A stretch of 64,000 bases of DNA from Candidatus Ozemobacteraceae bacterium (GCA_965140445.1 OZ223236.1:1312001-1376000); one strand, 5' to 3'; shown: positions 18,728-29,442, counted from the first letter of the stretch. Translations and numbers: made by a program. Notes: generated from the sequence alone by a model not told the origin.

Positions 18728-21700
18728 TGTTCTTTCCCCTTTTTCAGTGCTTCAAGGCGTTCCTCACAGAAGGGCAGGAAATCGCAGCCGGGTTTATTAT
18801 TTACCGAATGCAAACAAGTTCTTGCTTCTGGATGGTCTGTAGGAACGCAATCAAAAATTCTGTCTTCCATAATCTTTTTAAGTATTTTTTCGAGCCTATC
18901 TTCAAAGGTGGCAAAATCTGCCTCAGAAACTGGATTCCCCCAGGTTGGGCCCGTTCCCAAATTTAAAGCCGCCGCTTTAAGGTGCCCACCTTCAAAGCCT
19001 TTATACTTCTTTTTGTAAGGGTCTTTCATCGCGTAAAGCAGTATTGCTGTGGCAAATGGGTTCCCACCGGCTTTGCAGGCTAACAGATAGAGAGGAAGCT
19101 GAATCTCCATGGGCATTCCTTCTTGTGGAAACGCCAGGTCATAGACCTTCTGTGAGCTTTTATTTGATTCGGTGGTTTTGTAATCTACAACAGCGACCCC
19201 GTTATTCAACTGAACCAGCCTGTCAAAACGTCCGGAAAACCTGAACCCACGAAAATCAAAGCGAAATTTGTGTTCCACACCAATTGTAGATCTTGGAGGC
19301 ACCTGCTCCAGACTGTAAATGGCGTTGATGTAGTCAGGAAGCGCTTGAAAGATTTTTTCTGACATGCTGTGACGCTCAAAGAACTCAATTGGCTCCAGAT
19401 GCGGTTTAGAAAATTCTTCAAATAGGGCTTTTAAATCATCTTCGTCCGGAAGTTTTCCTTTGCTCCAGATGCTTTCAGGGTGATGTAGCTTCTCAAATAA
19501 ATCATGAACCGCATGTCCCATCTGAAAGTAGCTTCTTTGCATGCTTAAAGGGTCCTGAATTCTCAGAATATTCTGGAAAAAGAATTTTCGCGGGCAATCA
19601 ATATAGTTTTTGATTGAACTGGCAGAAAAGCTAAAGTCTTCTGGAACTCCAATTTGATCTATTTGTGCTGTTGAAAAGCTTCTTGGCCTGATTCCATAGA
19701 TTGAGTAATCCGCTGGAATTGGTGGAATTTCCTTCTCCAATTCATCCAGATACTGAGTTCTCTGGGGTTCTGGAATTTTGGCCAGAATAGTTCTCACTTC
19801 ACTAATGGTAAGGGGACGTTGCTCTGATTCGATTTTTTCTGGATTAAGTCCTATTTCTTTCAAAAACGGTGATGGGATTGCAATATCAGTTCCCATTCTC
19901 TCCGGATAAGAAAGAATCAGACCTTCTTTTGCTCTTGTCAGTGCCACATAGAATAAACGGCGTTCTTCTTCGAGGTGGTCATCGTAGCTTTCGGGGTAGG
20001 GGTTGAAAAATGGTATTTCACGGTCTTGTGAATCTGCTTTTTCTTTAAGTTTTCTTAGAGCCCGATCTCCAATCAAAAGATTTTCACGTTGCTTAACTGG
20101 AAACTGTTCTTCGCAAAGGCCGCTTAGGATAACTACCGGAAACTCCAGTCCTTTGGATTGGTGAACTGTCATGATTTTAATGCCAGTGTCGTTTACTGCT
20201 TGCTCTTGTTCAAGGGTGGAAGCATAGTAAGTCAGCCATTCGTCAAAATCTGGCATTAAGTCTGAAACAGTAGCTTCTCGTCCTCTTTGACGAACAAACA
20301 GCTCACAATAATCTGCAATCATGTTTCTGAAATGCAAGGCATTGCGCGCACCTTCCGAAGAAGGGTCAGCAAGAATTTGTTTTAACGCAAGTAGTAACCT
20401 GGCAAAAACTGCGCTTAACGGCTGATCGATACAGTTCTCGAGCAATTGAACTGTTGAGGCAAAAGACTGGGCCTTTATGAGATTTTCATCTTGGGTTTCA
20501 GGAATTTTGTTAAAAGTGCTTTCAGAAATTTCTGTAAGGGCTTCTGTCATTCCGTAAGTGGGTGAAAGCTGGGCGAAAACCCCTTGAACCCATAGAGGAT
20601 CAAGGCCAAATAGAGGGGAGGCAAACGAGCGCTGCAGAGCTTCATTGCGATCATTTCCATCTTGTGAGGATGCTTTTAACAGAGAAGCCAGGGTTACAAC
20701 TTCCTCAGATTTGAAAAATTTCATGTCACCGGCTATTTCAAAGGGGATATGCAAAGTTTGTAGCGACTCGGCCAGCAGATCAATTTGGAAGTTATTGCGA
20801 ACAAGAATGGCAATATCAGAGGGTTTATACTTTTTTTCACGGCCATATATGATTAGAGAGGCTACTTTTCTGGTAATTAGTCGGGCTTCCTCCAGCTCAT
20901 CTCTGGCTTTATAAAGTGTCACAAAGCCATTTTCCTGGCTGGCAGGGATCAGGTTGTCATCATCTCCAAGATTTTTGTTGAACCAATTCAATCGAGATGA
21001 GGTTTCAAGTATCTCTTTTGCACATCTGTAGTTGATTTGAAGAGGAAAAACCTTTGCCCTGAACCTTTTTTTGAATGGCCCCTCTGGAGTCATCATTTCA
21101 GGGTTAGCGCCTCGGAATCTATAAATACTTTGTCTTGGATCACCAATTACAGCGATGCGACAGTCGCTTGATGCTTCACTTAGAAGGGTGAGCAAATGAA
21201 ATTGTGCCGGATCTGTATCCTGGAACTCATCTACGATAATTACCCTGAAGCGCTCAGCATAAAGTCTGGCTACACTTTTGTTTTGAAGAGCTTTGATAGT
21301 TAGCGCAATTAAATCTCTAAAATCCAGATAGCCAGTTCTCTCTCTTTCTCTTTCATAAAGCTTGAATAGAGAAGCTACTTCTTTAAACCTTTTCTGGCTT
21401 CGTTTGTCAAAAAATCCTTCTGAAGAGGTCAAGGCATTGAATTCATCAGACGAAATAAGATTTGATTTTAAGAGTGATATGAAGGTAAGAACTTCTTGCT
21501 GGAAACCACGTTTAGTAAGGACTTGCCCATATTCAGGGTATGCCTCTGGGTCCAGTTCTGAGCAGATCTGGCTTAGCATCAGAGCTTCTTTAAAACCAGT
21601 CAGAAGCTTAAAATCAGGCTTTACCCCAACTGTGAAATACTGTTCGCGAAGGATTCTTGCACAAAAGGAATGAAATGTTGAAATCCAGCACTCGTCAAAA

Positions 21701-21939
21701 CTCTTGGGAAAATACTCTAATACTCTTGTTTTCAGCTCATTGGCGGCTTTATCCGAAAACGTTAAAGCCAGGATTTCTTTAAGTCTGATTCCTTCTTCAA
21801 GAAGCTTACCGATCAATACTGAAACCGTGCGGGTTTTTCCCGTTCCGGGGCCTGCTATAACCAGTGATGGACGGCGGAACTTTTTTACTATGTCCGCCTG
21901 TTGTTCATTTAATCTCTCTAGATCCTTTTTCAGACTCAT
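18724..21939 (-). CDS. UvrD-family helicase fused to PD-(D/E)XK nuclease (AdnA-like partner)
   Basis: AGPGTGKT, DEFQD, GDPRQSIYRFRGA, TVHQSKGLEF, FYVALTRA; C-terminal CPRKF...GRFDRL...VVDYKT...C..C..C; 4-nt ATGA overlap with the next gene. Confidence 0.9.
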   Translation of the reverse strand: MSLKKDLERLNEQQADIVKKFRRPSLVIAGPGTGKTRTVSVLIGKLLEEGIRLKEILALTFSDKAANELKTRVLEYFPKSFDECWISTFHSFCARILREQYFTVGVKPDFKLLTGFKEALMLSQICSELDPEAYPEYGQVLTKRGFQQEVLTFISLLKSNLISSDEFNALTSSEGFFDKRSQKRFKEVASLFKLYERERERTGYLDFRDLIALTIKALQNKSVARLYAERFRVIIVDEFQDTDPAQFHLLTLLSEASSDCRIAVIGDPRQSIYRFRGANPEMMTPEGPFKKRFRAKVFPLQINYRCAKEILETSSRLNWFNKNLGDDDNLIPASQENGFVTLYKARDELEEARLITRKVASLIIYGREKKYKPSDIAILVRNNFQIDLLAESLQTLHIPFEIAGDMKFFKSEEVVTLASLLKASSQDGNDRNEALQRSFASPLFGLDPLWVQGVFAQLSPTYGMTEALTEISESTFNKIPETQDENLIKAQSFASTVQLLENCIDQPLSAVFARLLLALKQILADPSSEGARNALHFRNMIADYCELFVRQRGREATVSDLMPDFDEWLTYYASTLEQEQAVNDTGIKIMTVHQSKGLEFPVVILSGLCEEQFPVKQRENLLIGDRALRKLKEKADSQDREIPFFNPYPESYDDHLEEERRLFYVALTRAKEGLILSYPERMGTDIAIPSPFLKEIGLNPEKIESEQRPLTISEVRTILAKIPEPQRTQYLDELEKEIPPIPADYSIYGIRPRSFSTAQIDQIGVPEDFSFSASSIKNYIDCPRKFFFQNILRIQDPLSMQRSYFQMGHAVHDLFEKLHHPESIWSKGKLPDEDDLKALFEEFSKPHLEPIEFFERHSMSEKIFQALPDYINAIYSLEQVPPRSTIGVEHKFRFDFRGFRFSGRFDRLVQLNNGVAVVDYKTTESNKSSQKVYDLAFPQEGMPMEIQLPLYLLACKAGGNPFATAILLYAMKDPYKKKYKGFEGGHLKAAALNLGTGPTWGNPVSEADFATFEDRLEKILKKIMEDRIFDCVPTDHPEARTCLHSVNNKPGCDFLPFCEERLEALKKGKEQ

Positions 21940-21942
21940 TTT

Positions 21943-22284
21943 TTACTCCGGATAAACCAGGTCAAAGTCGGATGACCCGGTAACAAAATATAAAATGCTG
22001 TGATGAATGACATCTGAAAAAAACAGGCTGAATCCAATTACTAACAGAACTTTTCTCAATGGATGTTTTTTCAAAAATGGCAGCGAACAAATAACAGCTA
22101 ATAAAATGCCAATATATCCATGGTGAATACGGATTCCAAAAGTCAATTTCCCAACAGTTGTCGCAGTGTCTCTTGTAGATTGAAGCTTAAGTCCAAATCT
22201 AAAAAAAAGAGTTATGGTCTCGATTATGGTTGTGAGAATCAGGGTTAGTTTCAGCGTTGAAAAGCTTTCAAGTTTCTTGAGCAT
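21943..22284 (-). CDS. Small membrane protein (3 TM, RIHHGYIG motif)
   Basis: Three hydrophobic segments, HH motifs; 3 nt upstream of the helicase gene. Confidence 0.7.
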   Translation of the reverse strand: MLKKLESFSTLKLTLILTTIIETITLFFRFGLKLQSTRDTATTVGKLTFGIRIHHGYIGILLAVICSLPFLKKHPLRKVLLVIGFSLFFSDVIHHSILYFVTGSSDFDLVYPE

Positions 22285-22471
22285 GGTAATGCATTATACG
22301 CAATTTTGGAGTTGGTTTAAAGCATTTCACCTAATTGTTTTGGTTAGTTCTTTTGGGCAATAAAACAGATATTGACTGTTCTGTGAAATAGTATAAATTC
22401 TAGATCGCTGTTGTAAAAAAGAAAATGAATAATGGGACTTAATGCTCGTTATTCGCAAGGAAAGGTTTGTT

Positions 22472-23503
22472 ATGGCTAAAAAAAGTTTATTAAACAGACA
22501 GGTTAAAATCCTGGAAGAATTGTCAAAAATTCCGTCTCCATCAGGTTTCACGATAAATGCTGTTGAGCATGTTAAGAAAATTGCTCAAAAGGCCGGGATA
22601 AGCGCTTCAATTACTCGAAAAGGCTCGTTGCTGGTTGGCAATCTTGAAAATCCTAAAGTCGCATTAACTGGGCATCTGGATACTCTTGGACTCATGGTTA
22701 AAGAGATTAGAGCTGATGGAAATCTGAATTTTTCCAAAATTGGTGGTCCAATTTTATCAGCTTTTGAAGGTTGTTCAGTTACAGTTTTTACTGATTCTGG
22801 GAAAGAATTCTCTGGGAGCTTGATTTTAAACAATCCTGCTTGCCACGTGAATCGCAAGGCTAATTCCGAGGAAAGAACCGAGCAAAGCATGCATATTCGC
22901 CTTGATGCTGAGGTTCGAAGCGCAAAAGATACCAAGGCGCTTGGAATAAACGTTGGAGACTTTATTGCATTTGATTCCGGGTTTGAATTTACAGAGACTG
23001 GTTTTATTAAGAGTCGGTTTCTTGATGACAAGGCTGGATGCGCTGCGATGATAGATGTATTTCTTACTCTAGGAGCTAAGGCTCTGGAAAAGATTCCTGT
23101 TATGTTTTTCTTTTCCAGTCATGAAGAAGTTGGCCATGGAGCATCTTTTGGGATTCCGGACAGTGTTGAAGAATTACTTGTTGTAGACATGGGGGTTGTC
23201 GGTGACGGGGTTGCCGGAGATGAATACTCTGTTTCAATTTGTGCCAAGGATTCCCAGACCCCTTATGATTATGAATTGCGACAACATTTAACCAGGCTGG
23301 CAAAGAAGAAAAAGATTCCTTATCAGGTCGATGTTTTTCCTCTTTATGGTTCGGATGGAACTGTGGCTTTAACCGCTGGTAAAGACTTGCGGGTGGGATT
23401 AATTGGCCCAGGGGTATCCGCATCGCATGGTAATGAAAGAACTCACGTAAAAGCCATGAATGCAACCAAAGATTTGATTCTGGAATATCTAAAAGCTCTT
23501 TAA
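22472..23503 (+). CDS. M42 family metallopeptidase
   Basis: GHLDTLG, LDDKAG, HEEVG, VDMG, SHGNER metal ligands; start ATG 22472 after AAGG. Confidence 0.9.
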   Translation: MAKKSLLNRQVKILEELSKIPSPSGFTINAVEHVKKIAQKAGISASITRKGSLLVGNLENPKVALTGHLDTLGLMVKEIRADGNLNFSKIGGPILSAFEGCSVTVFTDSGKEFSGSLILNNPACHVNRKANSEERTEQSMHIRLDAEVRSAKDTKALGINVGDFIAFDSGFEFTETGFIKSRFLDDKAGCAAMIDVFLTLGAKALEKIPVMFFFSSHEEVGHGASFGIPDSVEELLVVDMGVVGDGVAGDEYSVSICAKDSQTPYDYELRQHLTRLAKKKKIPYQVDVFPLYGSDGTVALTAGKDLRVGLIGPGVSASHGNERTHVKAMNATKDLILEYLKAL

Positions 23504-23514
23504 GTAGATAGGAT

Positions 23515-23556
23515 AAAAAAAGGCCTTTTCGGGAATTCCCGAAAAGGCCTTTGCTT
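23515..23556. terminator. Bidirectional terminator
   Basis: Perfect 34-nt palindrome aaaggccttttcgggaattcccgaaaaggccttt between convergent genes. Confidence 0.85.
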
Positions 23557-23567
23557 TGTTTATTCAG

Positions 23568-26500
23568 TTATCTGCTTCTAATGCCCTTATCAAGAGTTCT
23601 AATGATAAGTTTTGAACCATATACAGGAATTGTTGTTCTGAATGTTCTTTCATTTCCAACAGGTTTTCCGAAATATGGTTTGTTCCATGTCCAGTCACTC
23701 CATGGATCCATTGGATTGGAAAGCTGACCGCTGGTGTAGTAATCCCAGTCTCTGGAGTTATCTTTTGCATATATTTTTACAGGGATTGCAAGTGGATAAT
23801 CGTTAGGACTTGCACGGAAAACACCAAGGTCTTCTGTAGTTGAAGAGGCTATTGCAGTTTCACAGTTGCTTGTCCATTTGCAATTAACAGTTCTTGGCCG
23901 CTCATCGCCCATTTGGTCAAGGTATTTGTAGGTTAAAACAGCTGTTGCTTCTCCGGCATTATCACAAACTTCGGGTTTAATTGTGAACTCAACGTTGTCT
24001 TCAATGTAGTTTGGCGATAAACCATTTTCAATTTGTGCTACAAGGCCTCCATCTGAAAAGTTCTTAACGATTCCATCACCAAGTGATTTAAGGGCCTGGT
24101 AGTTTCGGCGAGGAACTTTTACTTTATTAATATATCCTTCAACACCATCTTTACCGTCTGTATTAGGGTCAGGTAGCCAATTTTTAGCTAATTCTACACC
24201 TAAATCAAGGTCGGTATTTACCAAGGCAGGGTCTTCATTGAAGATCGAGTTTACGAAATTTCCTGCATAGTAGTTGTAGTCCGGCTTCTTTTTGTCCATT
24301 TGTGCGAGACGACTTTTTACAGGGAAATAAGAGGTACTTCCGTTTTTCTTTTCGTGTAACACTCCTGAAGGAATTGGAGGGATAGTATCTTTTACATTTA
24401 AAACAAGATTAAGTTCAAGAGGAATTGGGGTGTCATCATCTGGTCTTTTCGGATCCCTGTCACTTACTTTGAGGTAGTTACCAGATGAATCGGACAGCAT
24501 TAGATAGAATTTGTAAGGCTTAATATCTTTTTTGATTGTTTTTGCTTTATCTGCAAAGATAATGTAGCCATCAGTGTTATTCGCATATCCTTTTGGAATC
24601 GTATTGTATTGGTTCAGCACTATATGGGATATTGCCATTCTATAGTCAATCTCAGCCCTATAAATATTCATTCCACTTACTGGATTTTTGTAACTGGAAG
24701 ACTGATCGGTAACTATAAGATGGGAGGTTCCCGGAGCTGCGAATTGATGAGCGTAAGGGCCATAGTCGGAGAAGTCTAATGCGCCCATTTCAGGGTCGCT
24801 GGCCATGCCTTTTTTATACATGCCAAACGGTCCTTTTTTAGGGTCAGTGATGCGTTTTGCAGACTCAAAGGTTAAAAGAGCTCTTCTATTAAGTTTTTTC
24901 GCAAAGATTGGTTTCAGGTTATATTGCGAAGTGGGAGCAGCCTTATTTTTTAGGCTTCTATTCCATTTGTAGTTATTTTTATAGGTTGTAGGATTGGTTA
25001 TTCCTACAACGTTATCAACTGCTTCCCATGGGTTGTTGTCATACATGGAGAAGGTTATATCCTTTGGATTTTTTCTGCCAGAAGGACCAACTCCTGCTTT
25101 AAGTGCTTCGCCCGTATTCCCGAAAAGGTTGTTTGGGGTGGTCTTTGCATAAAGAATTTTTGGTTTCTCCATGTCCATAATCATAAGCTTTGTTTTAGCA
25201 ACAATCTTCATGAGTTTTGGTATGGTGCTGGTCATCTGATATGTGCCATCTGGAAGATAGCTTTGCATTTCATAGGTAAACCATCTTGTCATTGTGATTA
25301 CCATATCTGCATCGTAAGGATCTGTTGGAGGGAAATCGCCATTTGTAGTGAGAATAATAGGTTTATTCTTATCCTCTGCTTTAATTATTAGCTCTGGCTC
25401 ACCGTCTTGTTTCCAATCATACCTTTCAATTTTGAAGCTACCTTTTCCATCAGGAACTTTGTATTCAAGATATGCTGAAACACTGATTGTGTCACCGTCC
25501 CAAGCGAGATCTCCAAGTTTGTTTTCAAACACGAAGTTGGGTTTCGTATTAACAAAGAATGGACTTTTTGAATCAAGCAGCATTTTTGCAACATAGTTCT
25601 TACTGGTATTAGTAGATTTTGAAATATCGAAGAAGAGGTTAGATTGCGAAGCAACATCAACTCGCCAGTGATATGTTTTTCCAGATTCGATTCCATGATA
25701 GCCGCCTGATGGTTGTGAAGCAGATCCCTTTGGATACCAATGATTGTCATTCTTTGGATTATTAGCTCCTCCATCATCGCAACGCTGAATTCTTGCTAAT
25801 TCATACATGTCTGGATTCGGTGGGGCTGAACCGCTAACCACTATAGGAATTGCGGCGTAGGTATTGTCTGGAAGAATGTCGTTTAAGTAAGCTGTTCTAG
25901 AGGCAGCCATAAATTTAAACTCAGGTCTGGCAATAATTCTGTCCAGCTGTGAGGCTCTTGAGTCTAAAGTAAAGCCAACCGAGGAGACTGGAATCGCTTT
26001 TGCATTTGTTCTTTTAATTTTTGGTAGATCGGCAATAGTATCGCCAAAGTCTAGAAGATCATAATCATACCAATCATAGGCAACCTGACAAGTTAGAATG
26101 TATTTTCCGGGGATTGGTGAATAGAAGTATTGATAATAGTTTTGTCCGGTTGAGCTAGGGTAGGTTGGAGGGGTAATTTTAGGGGAGGCTTTTGCCGGTG
26201 AAACCATTTTACCGTAGCAATCTTCAACCATCCAGGTTCGCCAGCGATAGAAAACTCTTCCGCCTTTTGATGATGATTCCGGGCTTACAAGAGAAGAAAT
26301 GAATCCACCCATGCGACCATCATTATCCCAATCTTCCTGAGAGTTTGGATTCTGTGCCCCATCGGTTAGAGGATAGTTTTCCACCATATAGAAATATAGT
26401 TGATCAGGATTTAATGTCTTAGGTGCTGGAGAAATTAGACCCATTTTTTGATTTGTATTTCTGTTGATTGTATCTGGAAGCGGGATGTCTGTATAAGGGC

Positions 26501-28406
26501 CAATTATGTCCAGATAGGAACTTTTTCCATTTAAAGAATGAACTTGTGGTGGAGTTGGAACGTTGATAACCGAAAGCTGTGCTTTGCCTGGATCACCAAA
26601 GTTGTAGTCGTAGAAAATCCCAAGGCTACCATAGGCAAAGTCTCTCCAATCAATTTTCTTATCATCATTGCCTATTGTTGATGGCCAGCTGGCCAGGATA
26701 GCTTCAACATTGCCGTGAGGCAAAGAGCCAGAATCTCTTAACTCATACATCCCTTTTTCTGCAATACTAAAACTCACGTTATAATGACGCTCAGCATAAT
26801 TTTTTTTGCCGATTTCTTTTACTGAACCATCATAGATATTTCTTTCATAGACGGCTTTACCATATTCCTGGCGGAAGATTAAATTACCATTGATTTTGCC
26901 TTCTTCAACTGTCCAATCAGGAACGTGGAGGTAAATAGCATCGTTAAGTTTGAAATTTTTTCTTGGGTCGTAATCGGAAATGTTTTTGCTGGGATGGCTT
27001 AGGGCGAAAAACAAACTACCAAATCCATCTGCTTTAATGTCATCAATTGGACTATTACTTTTTGCACCAATCTTGCTCAGGATATCGTTCATTTTTAAAA
27101 CCTGATATCTTTCACTTGAGATTGGAGTTCCATCTTTTTCTTTACGCACAAATTTGAACAATAGCTGCTGAGCCTTGTCGTATGCGTATATGATTCCGCC
27201 TTCCTGGTTCCACTGGTTAGATACGGCAACGGCTGCAATATTCATGCTACCTGCAGATCCCGTAATTTGCTTATACCAGTCTCTAATTACACTGTTTCCA
27301 AGCGTGTAAACGTAATCTGTATTAACATCTCTCATTGAAACACCAATCCACATAGTGTCAAGAGAGTCCGGGAGGCCAATGATAGGGTTGGCTTTTTTGG
27401 GAATATAATTTGCACCATTGAGGGTAATTTCGTAACCTGATTTTTTTTGAGGGCGAGAGTAAAAGTAAGTTCGGGCTGGTTGAGATTTTATGGGGGGCAT
27501 GAAGGCCATGTCGTTATACATGGGGTCTGCAACTCCACTTCCTGAGCCGCTTGAACCACCACAGCCATCAAGACAGCCAGCGAAAATCTGGCGGGCGATT
27601 CTTTTATCATAGGAAGTTGCAACGGTATTGCCTTTGGAGCTGGAATACTTCGGTTTATCCAGATTTAAATTGTCTGGGCGCCAGGTGTAAAGCTTCCAGT
27701 AATGGGGCTGACCTTCTTCACGATCGCCAAACACTTGATAGAAATAAGTATATGGTCGCCCATACTGAGTCCTTTTTGCAACCCAGCTTGAATACCAGCT
27801 TCCATTTGGGATTTCATACCAATTTTTTCCTGGATATGCTTTTAATGGAATTCCAGGAATGTCAGGCAACACATCGCCAGATTGGGCTGGTATTTTTTTT
27901 CCCGGTCCACCAGATTTAAAGTATGGCCAGGCGCCGCTGCCGTTTCGGCGAATGTTTCTATTTACAGGACCTACACGATAAACAGTTGTGTTCTTTCCCC
28001 AACTCCTGTGATCATAATGGATATAAGCATGCCAACCATAGTCTGACTGGTCTGCGCTTACTGTGTCCAATACCTGTCTTTTTAGTGGTGTTGAAAGAGT
28101 TCTGTAACCATAAGATATCTCTTCGCTGAAGGTGTAAATATTTCTATTCAAATCTACCGAAAAACCAAAACTGTTAGTTGGCATAAATAGAAATTTTGGT
28201 GGGTCAAAATATTTGGTTTTCTCTGGGTTGTTTAAGCGGTAAATTCCGCGCATCCATGTAGGGCCTTCTCCGATCAGAAGGTAGCATTCTCCGTTCCTTC
28301 TGTATTCTGGCGCTAGTTCGGCATTTGCAGCCAGGGGAATTAATAGCGTTATTAATAGCAAGAACGCTATAGACGGTAGAAGTGTTCTCCTTAATTTCTT
28401 ACCCAT
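23568..28406 (-). CDS. Very large (~1610 aa) secreted hypothetical protein, putative pilus-tip or adhesin analogue
   Basis: Signal peptide MGKKLRRTLL...ANA; GGAGG RBS before ATG 28406 (ORF track 28436); Tyr/Trp/Pro/Lys-rich; last gene of the pilin block; function inferred from context only. Confidence 0.7.
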   Translation of the reverse strand: MGKKLRRTLLPSIAFLLLITLLIPLAANAELAPEYRRNGECYLLIGEGPTWMRGIYRLNNPEKTKYFDPPKFLFMPTNSFGFSVDLNRNIYTFSEEISYGYRTLSTPLKRQVLDTVSADQSDYGWHAYIHYDHRSWGKNTTVYRVGPVNRNIRRNGSGAWPYFKSGGPGKKIPAQSGDVLPDIPGIPLKAYPGKNWYEIPNGSWYSSWVAKRTQYGRPYTYFYQVFGDREEGQPHYWKLYTWRPDNLNLDKPKYSSSKGNTVATSYDKRIARQIFAGCLDGCGGSSGSGSGVADPMYNDMAFMPPIKSQPARTYFYSRPQKKSGYEITLNGANYIPKKANPIIGLPDSLDTMWIGVSMRDVNTDYVYTLGNSVIRDWYKQITGSAGSMNIAAVAVSNQWNQEGGIIYAYDKAQQLLFKFVRKEKDGTPISSERYQVLKMNDILSKIGAKSNSPIDDIKADGFGSLFFALSHPSKNISDYDPRKNFKLNDAIYLHVPDWTVEEGKINGNLIFRQEYGKAVYERNIYDGSVKEIGKKNYAERHYNVSFSIAEKGMYELRDSGSLPHGNVEAILASWPSTIGNDDKKIDWRDFAYGSLGIFYDYNFGDPGKAQLSVINVPTPPQVHSLNGKSSYLDIIGPYTDIPLPDTINRNTNQKMGLISPAPKTLNPDQLYFYMVENYPLTDGAQNPNSQEDWDNDGRMGGFISSLVSPESSSKGGRVFYRWRTWMVEDCYGKMVSPAKASPKITPPTYPSSTGQNYYQYFYSPIPGKYILTCQVAYDWYDYDLLDFGDTIADLPKIKRTNAKAIPVSSVGFTLDSRASQLDRIIARPEFKFMAASRTAYLNDILPDNTYAAIPIVVSGSAPPNPDMYELARIQRCDDGGANNPKNDNHWYPKGSASQPSGGYHGIESGKTYHWRVDVASQSNLFFDISKSTNTSKNYVAKMLLDSKSPFFVNTKPNFVFENKLGDLAWDGDTISVSAYLEYKVPDGKGSFKIERYDWKQDGEPELIIKAEDKNKPIILTTNGDFPPTDPYDADMVITMTRWFTYEMQSYLPDGTYQMTSTIPKLMKIVAKTKLMIMDMEKPKILYAKTTPNNLFGNTGEALKAGVGPSGRKNPKDITFSMYDNNPWEAVDNVVGITNPTTYKNNYKWNRSLKNKAAPTSQYNLKPIFAKKLNRRALLTFESAKRITDPKKGPFGMYKKGMASDPEMGALDFSDYGPYAHQFAAPGTSHLIVTDQSSSYKNPVSGMNIYRAEIDYRMAISHIVLNQYNTIPKGYANNTDGYIIFADKAKTIKKDIKPYKFYLMLSDSSGNYLKVSDRDPKRPDDDTPIPLELNLVLNVKDTIPPIPSGVLHEKKNGSTSYFPVKSRLAQMDKKKPDYNYYAGNFVNSIFNEDPALVNTDLDLGVELAKNWLPDPNTDGKDGVEGYINKVKVPRRNYQALKSLGDGIVKNFSDGGLVAQIENGLSPNYIEDNVEFTIKPEVCDNAGEATAVLTYKYLDQMGDERPRTVNCKWTSNCETAIASSTTEDLGVFRASPNDYPLAIPVKIYAKDNSRDWDYYTSGQLSNPMDPWSDWTWNKPYFGKPVGNERTFRTTIPVYGSKLIIRTLDKGIRSR

Positions 28407-28452
28407 ACTTGCCCTCCATACATTTTCTTTACTCATTACTCAGGTTTCCGAT

Positions 28453-29442
28453 CTATCTATTAAAAGAATTTATTGACTGTAAAATGGCATTGCTAAGATT
28501 CTGGTCTATTTTGTATGCCCGAAAAATTGAGGTCATAACTTCGTTTGTTAGATCCACACCACCAATGAAGATGTCTGTGTTAATCAAACTTGCTTGAAAA
28601 GGATTTAATACCTTTTCTCCATGAACCAACCAGTTATATGCAAGGCTGGATATATTTGAATAATATCCAGATATTGCTCCTGCATCGTTGCGAATCTCAT
28701 TTGGAAAACGAAGTGCAAAAATTTTTCCATAATCAAGTTCAGCAGGCATTACCATGTCCTTGTTGCTGGAGCTTGGTTTGCTAACCGTATTAGAATTTAA
28801 AACAACTTGAATACCTTTTTTAGTCGCAATCTGGTGTGTATACTGCTTAATCTCAGAAATAATTGCATAAAATCTTTTGTTGGTTTCCTCTGGATTGGTG
28901 TAACCAGGGTGATATGCAACCTTGTTTAGCTTGTCAATCTCTTCTTCAACCTTCATTAACTGACCGCCAAGGGATTGAAGCTTAGCATTAAAGGTCGTTT
29001 CGGAGCGATGTGAATCTAATTTGTATTGTTGTCTCTGTAATCCTGCTTGTCCTGTTGCTACTTCTGAGAGATTACTTAAATAGCTGTCTGAAAGTTTTTG
29101 CAGCTGCCTATCAAAATTTCGGTGGGTTTCTTCAATTTTACCTCTAAGGAAATTTGCTTTGTTTTCAAGTTCTGAAATTCTTGTCTGGTTTTCTTTAAGT
29201 TTTTGCTGAACCTGTTGAGGGGAGGCTTGCTTTCCTGAAAGCCTGAAAGCCTCTTTGTAGGGGTCATAACTGGCCATTGATGGATGCAGTAATATCATGG
29301 CTTTGAGATTTACTTTTCCGATGTACGCAATATCTCTTGGCCTGGCTTCTACTGATAACGAAAAAGTCACTAATAAAACTATTAGCGTTATAAACTTTAT
29401 AATATTATTTAATCTCTCGGACATAAATTCAATTTTCTCCAA
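28453..29442 (-). CDS. Skp/OmpH-like periplasmic coiled-coil protein (paralogue 1)
   Basis: Signal peptide; IGKVNL...LLHP, long coiled coil, IATKKGIQVVLN, GGVDLTNEV. Confidence 0.6.
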   Translation of the reverse strand: MEKIEFMSERLNNIIKFITLIVLLVTFSLSVEARPRDIAYIGKVNLKAMILLHPSMASYDPYKEAFRLSGKQASPQQVQQKLKENQTRISELENKANFLRGKIEETHRNFDRQLQKLSDSYLSNLSEVATGQAGLQRQQYKLDSHRSETTFNAKLQSLGGQLMKVEEEIDKLNKVAYHPGYTNPEETNKRFYAIISEIKQYTHQIATKKGIQVVLNSNTVSKPSSSNKDMVMPAELDYGKIFALRFPNEIRNDAGAISGYYSNISSLAYNWLVHGEKVLNPFQASLINTDIFIGGVDLTNEVMTSIFRAYKIDQNLSNAILQSINSFNR

